Below are positions 57,729 to 64,000 of a stretch of 64,000 nt of DNA, piece by piece. The stretch's first letter is position 1, and every line of letters starts with the position of its first letter. A program made the translations under genes and the position numbers. The DNA is from a virus. Lineage: Duplodnaviria; Heunggongvirae; Uroviricota; Caudoviricetes. Under the pieces are notes generated by a model, which did no database searches, was not told the DNA's origin, and was given only the letters and a program-made list of their open reading frames with translations. The stretch lies in IMG/VR virus record IMGVR_UViG_3300042892_001069, one strand, 5' to 3'.

Positions 57729-58617
57729 TCATTTAAAGTATACTATAGGTCAAGGACAGTATCGTAGTACATCTATAGAAAAGTATAATGTTCAGTTAGG
57801 CACAATAGACCCTGATAGATATGCCTGTAGCTCGTATACTGATGAACTACATAGGACCGCTGAACTAGTGCGCACGGATTTAGGCAACGACCTAGTACTA
57901 TTCCTATCAGGCGGAACTGACAGTGAAATTGTTCTACGTAATTTTATACATACAGGATTTAAACCACAGTGCGTTGTCCTACGGTTTGAAAACAATTACA
58001 ATGCCGGCGAGGTAGCAGAAGCACAGGCTATTGCTAGTGAACTAGATGTAAAGTTAAACATTATAGATTTTGATGTACATGACTTTTACAACTCCGGCGA
58101 AGCAAAAGAATTTGGTAATCAAATACAATGTACACAATTGACATACAATATGGTCTACAAAAGTATATTAACTCTGGGTGCGCCCGCAGTAATGGGCGGT
58201 GAAGCACTATTAACTAGGCAAGTAAGTACAACAGATAGTTATTGGTATTATACGTTTCGTGAAAACGAAGATGCTAGTGCTATGCGCTTTACTAACAAGT
58301 TTAGTATACCGTTAGTTAACGAATGGTTTAGTTACACACCCGAGTTGTTACTCTACTATCTAGAGCACCCCAGCATTAAAGAATTAACTACTAGTACTAA
58401 CTATAAACTAACATCTGCGTCTAGTAAGAACGCTATCTTAAAACAACTGTATCCTAATTTTAGAACTAAGAAAAAGATACACGGGTTTGAAAGTTTGTTA
58501 GCATTTAACCTAACGGCTTATAAGGACTTAGGACATGATCAAGTTAAGAGGTTAGAGTTTAGCTTGGATGGTGTTGAATACACGCAAGCAATTGCACAAC
58601 TTAAAGGCCAACAATGA
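57673..58617 (+). CDS. PP-loop ATP-pyrophosphatase-family enzyme, paralog 6 (314 aa; possible start at 57706)
   Basis: LVLFLSGGTDSEIVLRNF. Confidence 0.65.
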   Translation: MLQKKVVRKFTMTDFTHNNHLKYTIGQGQYRSTSIEKYNVQLGTIDPDRYACSSYTDELHRTAELVRTDLGNDLVLFLSGGTDSEIVLRNFIHTGFKPQCVVLRFENNYNAGEVAEAQAIASELDVKLNIIDFDVHDFYNSGEAKEFGNQIQCTQLTYNMVYKSILTLGAPAVMGGEALLTRQVSTTDSYWYYTFRENEDASAMRFTNKFSIPLVNEWFSYTPELLLYYLEHPSIKELTTSTNYKLTSASSKNAILKQLYPNFRTKKKIHGFESLLAFNLTAYKDLGHDQVKRLEFSLDGVEYTQAIAQLKGQQ

Positions 58618-59201
58618 TTGTAGAATTAGGTCAAACACACAAAGAATTAATTAAGCCTCTTTTTTATAGAGACACTTATATGGGCATGGACCTAAGCTCT
58701 AACTATATTGTTGACCCCAGCGAAAAAGTACAAACGGTATTTTACAATACGTTTGTAGATACATACCTATCTGGTCTACGTAACTACAAGGCTTTAGGCT
58801 TAGTTGAAAATGGCGTAGTAAAATCACTGATATCATTTTATATGAGCCCAGATGAACCTTGTTGGTACGGAACAATGATCCGTAGTCTTAATGATAAGAA
58901 CTATGTACGACCACTATTAGATTCAGCGATGGCATTTAACGAGACTCGTGGCCGTTTAAAGTTTTACACTCTTTGGAATGCCGACCACGGTAAATTACTA
59001 CGTAGATTTGCGTTTAGCACAGTCGCAAACACTCGTTACGATTATGTAGATGAAATACTAGTACCAGCAAGGACTAAATGTGTTTACACTAACTACTGGC
59101 AAATACTGTTTAACAGAACTTTACTGCCCGTTGACAGTGTTGTACGCTGTACCTTTTTAAAACAAGAATACAGAACTACTCCTATAGGAGGTAATATATG
59201 A
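58614..59201 (+). CDS. Hypothetical protein (195 aa)
   Basis: ORF track. Confidence 0.4.
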   Translation: MIVELGQTHKELIKPLFYRDTYMGMDLSSNYIVDPSEKVQTVFYNTFVDTYLSGLRNYKALGLVENGVVKSLISFYMSPDEPCWYGTMIRSLNDKNYVRPLLDSAMAFNETRGRLKFYTLWNADHGKLLRRFAFSTVANTRYDYVDEILVPARTKCVYTNYWQILFNRTLLPVDSVVRCTFLKQEYRTTPIGGNI

Positions 59202-59803
59202 ATATGGTAAGCCCGTTCAAATTGTTTGAACAAGATCTAAACACATTCAAGCTCAGTGCTAATATACATCTAGGACAAGAGCTACGTGAATTCTTTACAG
59301 ACCCCACTAACGATTACCTGTGGCAGTTAAGTACCCATAGACAAACTGTTACTCACGCTCTACGCTACACAGAAAGTATACCTTTACGCTACTTAAAAGA
59401 CTTGCCCAAAGGTTCCACAACAATGGAAGCCAATCAGCATATGGCAGTTACCGATTCAAAGCTAGCTGACATACCTGTATTTAGAAAGACGATCAATTGG
59501 TTTGAATCCACACTCGCCGCAACTGGCTGTAGTCGTGTAGAGTTTGGTCGAGTCTTTGCTAGTAAGCTCTCAGGCAATCAAAAGATAGACATACATACAG
59601 ATGACGGCAAGTATTTTAGCTATTACGATCGATTTCATTTTACGGTAACAGCCGCCCCCAATAATCTGTTTGTTATACGTGATGAAGAATGTGTACTAGA
59701 ACAGGATTCGTTGTATTGGGTCAATAATCATGTGCCGCACTGGCTTGAGAATAAAAGTACAGAAGGCAGAATAAATTTTATTATAGATGCTAGATTAATA
59801 TGA
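59198..59803 (+). CDS. Aspartyl beta-hydroxylase-like cupin oxygenase (201 aa)
   Basis: IHTDDG...RFHF...NNHVPH (HxD...H). Confidence 0.55.
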   Translation: MNMVSPFKLFEQDLNTFKLSANIHLGQELREFFTDPTNDYLWQLSTHRQTVTHALRYTESIPLRYLKDLPKGSTTMEANQHMAVTDSKLADIPVFRKTINWFESTLAATGCSRVEFGRVFASKLSGNQKIDIHTDDGKYFSYYDRFHFTVTAAPNNLFVIRDEECVLEQDSLYWVNNHVPHWLENKSTEGRINFIIDARLI

Positions 59804-60675
59804 AGATTGAAAACATATATGCCGATTGGGGATCAATAATTTACTTAGAGTCTCCACAAGAATTTTTTAGTAAGCCACATGGCTACTGGCGTGATCTAAT
59901 GTACGAGCGTAAATTAATATTTTTTAAAAAAGTAGAATTTACTAAAGCTGAGTACGCAGAATTTAGTACATATTTTGGTAATCCTTGGACTAGTGAGGAC
60001 TACAAATACTCTCGTGAAGTTGTAGAGTCTGTAGAAACTAAAAATGGTATTATGACCATAAGCCCGTTTAGTAATGCCAATTCTAGATTAATTGATGATA
60101 GAGAAATGCCGTGGCATGCTGATATTCCTAACAGAGAATTCAAGCCATATCCTTTTAGAAGTTTATGGATTACTGCTAATCCTAACCCAGAATTATCAGG
60201 TAAAACAAGTTGGCTAAACTTAGAAAAGGGCATGGACTTCCTTACGTCTGAGATGAAAGCAATGATACCAACTGTTAAAGTAGTTCAGCAAAGTTGGTAC
60301 GAAGAAGGCAAAGATATACAGGAATTTGATTTATTAAAAGTACATCCAATCACAGGAAAAGAGTCGCTACGTTTAAATTATTATAACTGGGGGTTATTAA
60401 AAAATGCTTGGATATTAGATGTAAAAATTAATGATGTAGCCCAAGGTCATTGTTTCTTAGTTAGACAATGGTTACAGCATTTAGAAAAGTTTTCTGAATT
60501 ACGTTATCAACACACTTGGGACTTACACGATATTGCTGTTTATGATAATTGGTCTTTTTTACATTCTCGGACCGCATTAAAATTTACTGTTGAGCAACCT
60601 ATTAGACATTTTTACAGAATTAACATAGACCACTTAACTGACGAAGAGTGGAATTTACATAAACAACAATTATGA
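59800..60675 (+). CDS. TauD/TfdA-family Fe(II)/2OG dioxygenase, second copy (291 aa)
   Basis: MPWHADIP (WHxD) and VYDNWSFLHSR (DNRxxxHxR-type). Confidence 0.6.
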   Translation: MKIENIYADWGSIIYLESPQEFFSKPHGYWRDLMYERKLIFFKKVEFTKAEYAEFSTYFGNPWTSEDYKYSREVVESVETKNGIMTISPFSNANSRLIDDREMPWHADIPNREFKPYPFRSLWITANPNPELSGKTSWLNLEKGMDFLTSEMKAMIPTVKVVQQSWYEEGKDIQEFDLLKVHPITGKESLRLNYYNWGLLKNAWILDVKINDVAQGHCFLVRQWLQHLEKFSELRYQHTWDLHDIAVYDNWSFLHSRTALKFTVEQPIRHFYRINIDHLTDEEWNLHKQQL

Positions 60676-61217
60676 ATTTATTAATCACTCCTGATAATCA
60701 AGGACCCTGGGCTGTACGTTACCTAAGTGTACAGCACAGATTTGATAATACCTCTTTTTATAATAACTATTTTTCACCTAGTTTAAAAGAAGCAGGAATG
60801 AACATTAGGAAACAAACAGCTGATCTTAAAACAGACTGGTCTGCGCATAATCAAATATTTTATGATTCGGCAGCTGACGGAAATCTAGTATGGCGTGTAA
60901 AAGTTGGAAATAAAGAAACACGTAGTATTGACTACGTTGAAGTGTGGCGTAGTGTTAATGTTTTAAATCAGTATTTTGGAAAACAGACCGATATGCCTAA
61001 TTGGACAACAGCCAGTAGAAAAACATTCAATGAACAGCTATTTGAAAGTGGATTTATTATATCAGACTTACAAGAATTCCCGTTAATATCAAAAAAACAA
61101 GCAATTGAGTATTACAGAATTTTTGTAGACAAATGGAAGTCTAAAGACGACTGTATCATTAATACTCCCTGGAACAAAGAACTTAACCCATTAGATCCTG
61201 TCGAACATCAGGTTTAA
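60672..61217 (+). CDS. Hypothetical protein (181 aa)
   Basis: ORF track. Confidence 0.4.
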   Translation: MNLLITPDNQGPWAVRYLSVQHRFDNTSFYNNYFSPSLKEAGMNIRKQTADLKTDWSAHNQIFYDSAADGNLVWRVKVGNKETRSIDYVEVWRSVNVLNQYFGKQTDMPNWTTASRKTFNEQLFESGFIISDLQEFPLISKKQAIEYYRIFVDKWKSKDDCIINTPWNKELNPLDPVEHQV

Positions 61218-61941
61218 ATTTTCCATCGATACGGATAGAAAAACTGAAATGCTTAACGCATTCAGTTCCGTGAAAATCCATTTCGTTAAACCAAACAAAC
61301 TTTTTACTAGGATCCGGGTATACTCGTTCTAAGCTAGTTCCATCCATCACATAGACAGATTTAGATTCTTGTTTAGTTGTGAACCAAATAAAATCATCAT
61401 TGGGTTTTTGTTTGCGTTGTTCCTCAGTAAGGACATCGTAATGCGGTACTGTAGAATTATTTGCTTCAGTCATAAAGAATATAACTCGACCTATACTTTC
61501 AAACGGTAGTGTTTCTATAAATTTGACTAGACTAGGAAAATGTTTAGCATTTTCAGTCCAAGCGCAATCCTTGGCTACTGCTTTATTAAACACTCCCGTT
61601 GCTTCAACCCGTTTATTGTTTCTAAGAAATATTAACCAAAAAGGATGTGGGTTGTATGTTAACGCATTAAGATATTTTATTTTTTCATCAGTTGTAGTTA
61701 AGGTACGAAATGTTTCTAACTGTAGGGGTGTTAGTCTATTTTCTACATCAAGTACAATAGTAGTTATTTCTTGTTCGGCCCAATTAGTGTGGACCCCGCT
61801 AGAAACAAAACGCTTGCTCCATTCTGCTCGTGCTATACCTAAACATACTTCGTTATGTAACTGATCCCAATCAGGGGCTGTAACATAGTTGTCTAAGTAT
61901 TTAAATGGAGTATTATTAGAATCTAGTCCGATGATTGGCAT
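61183..61941 (-). CDS. Hypothetical protein (252 aa), weak HxD...H oxygenase-like candidate
   Basis: VPHYD ... FHGTE; weak. Confidence 0.35.
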   Translation of the reverse strand: MPIIGLDSNNTPFKYLDNYVTAPDWDQLHNEVCLGIARAEWSKRFVSSGVHTNWAEQEITTIVLDVENRLTPLQLETFRTLTTTDEKIKYLNALTYNPHPFWLIFLRNNKRVEATGVFNKAVAKDCAWTENAKHFPSLVKFIETLPFESIGRVIFFMTEANNSTVPHYDVLTEEQRKQKPNDDFIWFTTKQESKSVYVMDGTSLERVYPDPSKKFVWFNEMDFHGTECVKHFSFSIRIDGKFKPDVRQDLMG

Positions 61942-61970
61942 GAAGTATTTATAGCTTAGAAATTCTAGTC

Positions 61971-61991
61971 AAAAAAAAGCCCCGAAGGGCT
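61971..61991 (-). terminator. Rho-independent terminator (minus strand): stem agccc/gggct, loop cgaa, followed by U8
   Basis: Plus strand aaaaaaaagccccgaagggct immediately downstream of stop of 61997-62197. Confidence 0.65.
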
Positions 61992-61996
61992 CTAAT

Positions 61997-62197
61997 TTAT
62001 TTGATACCGCGGATAGTATTCATTCGTTCAGTGCGTTCGTAATCTTCTCTACATTCTGTTGAGCAAAATGCCCCGGGTGTAGGATCATCACATTCTAAAC
62101 AAAACCCAGTCTTTAATGGAACTTTTGGCCTGTTGCGTAATGCTTCTTGAAGCAACATTTCTGTTGTTTTGGCTGCGTCATCTAACGGGTCACTCAT
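61997..62197 (-). CDS. Small C4 zinc-ribbon protein (66 aa), TraR/DksA-like size
   Basis: CLEC-x9-CSTEC. Confidence 0.4.
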   Translation of the reverse strand: MSDPLDDAAKTTEMLLQEALRNRPKVPLKTGFCLECDDPTPGAFCSTECREDYERTERMNTIRGIK

Positions 62198-62225
62198 ACG
62201 TATTCCTAAAATTAGTAAAATAGCA

Positions 62226-62245
62226 ATAGCACCAAAGGGTGCTAT
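62226..62245 (-). terminator. Hairpin (8-bp stem atagcacc/ggtgctat, loop aaag) with U-rich tail on minus strand, downstream of vWA gene
   Basis: Seen in sequence; second upstream hairpin at 62258-62287. Confidence 0.45.
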
Positions 62246-62371
62246 TTAAAAATTAGTGATAAGTTTTTTTGTGTCAGGAAACTTATCAAACCCCGGATAC
62301 ACAGCCCATCCCACATTTCGTGTATCGCGGATGCTGGGTTCTCAGCCTAGGCTAAGGTGGGCCAGCATTTC

Positions 62372-63850
62372 TTACAGAGCGTAACGATCACTCATTACAG
62401 TCTTAAGCATGATGCCTTCTGGAGTGAACTGATCCAAATCAGCGGCTAGCAAGCTAGTCATTATACTTGGGCTAAATCCACTTACCAATGCGGCACCACT
62501 CTTGTCTGACGCAACAGGTACGTTGTCTGAACTATTTAGGTTCCAGAAAACAATCTGTGGCATGCTGTAGCCAGCGGCTTCGAACTTGCGTTCGATCATT
62601 TCCATTGCGCTGTCGTCGTGCTTGGCGCATTGGTTGAACTGCATATCTGACAAGATTAGCAACATGGCTGGCATGTCGCTAGCTGGAACTGAACCCTTAA
62701 CCGCAACGCTTAGGATCTTGTCCATAGCGGCATGCAGGTTAGTGCTCATTTCCCAATCACTCTTAGACATTTGATCAACCTTGTCAACAATGTTACCCTT
62801 TAGAGTAACAAGTTGTGGCTTGTCTGAGAAAGTCAAGAATGTGTCCTTGAACACGCCCTTGTTCTTATCTGCTAGGTACAAGCCCAAGCTGATCGAAACA
62901 TCCATACATGTTACCGAAGTGTTCTTTCCTGCTGGGCAAGACATAGAACCGCTAACGTCTACGATCGGCATGATGCTAGCATCTCCAACGTAGTTTGGCA
63001 AAGCATCCCACTGTGCCACAATGTGGTCAGTAGCAGTCTTGTCCAACTTAGTACGATAACTTCCGATAACACCCTTCAACACATCATGTGGAAAGATTGC
63101 GCTGGCGTTAACCTTAACAGTCTTGTCTCCACTTACCAACTTGGCAACATACTCTGCGAACAGAGGAGTGTGACGGCTGAATGCCTTCTTGTAGTTGCGC
63201 GAAGCAACAGATGGTACGTGACTAAAGTTGATGTTATCCCAATCACCTGCACACATTTGGGTTTCAACAACTGTGGTCATTGTTACCAATGACTTGCGGT
63301 ACTGCTTTGGAGTCATTCCGAAGAATGCTCGTACTTCAGCCGCAATCTTGCCCTTACGAGGAGTCCACTTTGCAGCCAGACCGTTCTTAGCACGAAGGGC
63401 ATCACCCAACATGGTATAAGCGGCTGACTTCAACACTGGTGAAGTGAAGACAAAGATGTCATCCCAACGGCCCACTTCTGGAACCTTCTTCAACAGAGCC
63501 AAAGCGGCGTCTGGGTCACGCTTTTCTAGATGAACTAGAATGTCGCGGAACAATTGACGTTCACCGGCACCACCACGGACATCACGTGCCCATTGTGCGA
63601 TGCGTAGTGCTACGTCAGAGTTTTCTACATAAGCGGCTGTGAAGTCGCCTGTGATGTCCTTACCACGGCTTGCGCCAATGTTATAGAACAAGTCAACACA
63701 AGCCGAAGCTGTTGACTTACGTGCCTTCATACCGTTTGCGGTACGGGCTTCTTGGTTCGCTACTGCTGTTACAAATGCGTTCATTTCGATTACCTTTACA
63801 GAATGTGTTTTTTTTCGATATGCTTGAAAATTTAAAGTTGCTGTTAACAT
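62372..63850 (-). CDS. vWA-domain protein with MIDAS DVSGSM; helical N-terminal domain possibly TROVE/Ro60-like or DUF2828-like (likely start MNAFVTAV at 63784)
   Basis: IMPIVDVSGSMSC MIDAS motif at ~residue 300; N-terminal ~280 aa alpha-helical. Confidence 0.55.
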   Translation of the reverse strand: MLTATLNFQAYRKKTHSVKVIEMNAFVTAVANQEARTANGMKARKSTASACVDLFYNIGASRGKDITGDFTAAYVENSDVALRIAQWARDVRGGAGERQLFRDILVHLEKRDPDAALALLKKVPEVGRWDDIFVFTSPVLKSAAYTMLGDALRAKNGLAAKWTPRKGKIAAEVRAFFGMTPKQYRKSLVTMTTVVETQMCAGDWDNINFSHVPSVASRNYKKAFSRHTPLFAEYVAKLVSGDKTVKVNASAIFPHDVLKGVIGSYRTKLDKTATDHIVAQWDALPNYVGDASIMPIVDVSGSMSCPAGKNTSVTCMDVSISLGLYLADKNKGVFKDTFLTFSDKPQLVTLKGNIVDKVDQMSKSDWEMSTNLHAAMDKILSVAVKGSVPASDMPAMLLILSDMQFNQCAKHDDSAMEMIERKFEAAGYSMPQIVFWNLNSSDNVPVASDKSGAALVSGFSPSIMTSLLAADLDQFTPEGIMLKTVMSDRYAL

Positions 63851-64000
63851 TCTAAAACTTTAACAGGATGATCGTGCCAATTTGTTTATTATTCTGGTCT
63901 GACCAATTACGGCACTCAGACCCTAGCAACATTCATGTTGCCTATTACATGTTTTTCTGTATGTAAATCATATCCGGACTTTGCCGGCCTATCTATTCCT

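Noticed and set aside
41257-61217. Interpreting the island as a beta-lactam (carbapenem/clavam)-type pathway because of Asn-synthetase-like + TauD/CAS-like enzymes
   Set aside because: Attractive analogy but rests only on superfamily membership; no ACP/NRPS/CarB/CarC-specific signatures visible. Kept only as one of several hypotheses

Overview
The window looks like a slice of a large virulent phage genome with T4-like late-promoter grammar. I found no integrase, transposase, CRISPR array or rRNA. Most genes are on the minus strand; one large accessory block (41257-61217) is mostly on the plus strand.

Layout, start to end:
- 1-14115 (-): a structural operon. Four consecutive genes share a conserved tail-fiber N-terminal motif, including a giant fiber-like protein of about 3728 aa with internal modular repeats. 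A HesB/IscA Fe-S scaffold gene heads the operon.
- 14440-17090: Fe/Mn superoxide dismutase, a histone-H1-like KPAAKK-repeat protein driven by a TATAAATA late promoter, UV damage endonuclease UvdE, and a PTPS/QueD-like protein with HGY in place of HGH.
- 17194-19898: a fiber-like structural protein and a hypothetical protein.
- 19938-27419: a modification cluster with three radical-SAM proteins. All three place a Cys-rich SPASM-like module upstream of the CxxxCxxC core; one is an 813-aa fusion. An aspartyl-beta-hydroxylase-like cupin sits with them.
- 27403-31425: Bax-inhibitor-1/YccA membrane protein, MazG-like NTP pyrophosphatase, ATP-dependent DNA ligase, an HExxH protein, and ClpP preceded by a 48-aa Cys-rich micro-ORF.
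- 31566-34644: an envelope-targeted block of lipoproteins and signal-peptide proteins. It includes a 40-aa entericidin-like lipoprotein and a 42-aa transmembrane peptide not in the ORF track. A consensus sigma70 promoter sits upstream.
- 35063-41047: metallophosphoesterase, a second HExxH paralog, translation initiation factor IF-1, and an AbrB/MazE-fold protein.
- 41072-41182 (-): a 111-nt tRNA-like RNA. It has a perfect T-arm, a 7-bp acceptor stem, an encoded CCA, and its own TTGACA-17-TATAAT promoter placed to start transcription at the RNA's first G. No canonical cloverleaf can be drawn.
- 41257-61217: the most novel region. It carries six paralogous PP-loop (SGGxDS) ATP-pyrophosphatase-like enzymes and two B12-type radical-SAM proteins. 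It also has five classes of oxygenase: TauD-like x2, AspH-like cupins, Rieske, acyl-CoA delta-9 desaturase-like, and nitronate-monooxygenase-like. A Bug/TctC-family binding protein and a multi-pass transporter complete it. I read this as a candidate undescribed phage-borne small-molecule, lipid or glycan modification system.
- 61183-63850: a hypothetical protein, a zinc-ribbon protein, terminators, and a vWA (DVSGS MIDAS) protein that may be TROVE/Ro60-like, followed by a hairpin-rich 170-nt tail.

All functional calls rest on motifs read by eye and established family knowledge. No database search was run.
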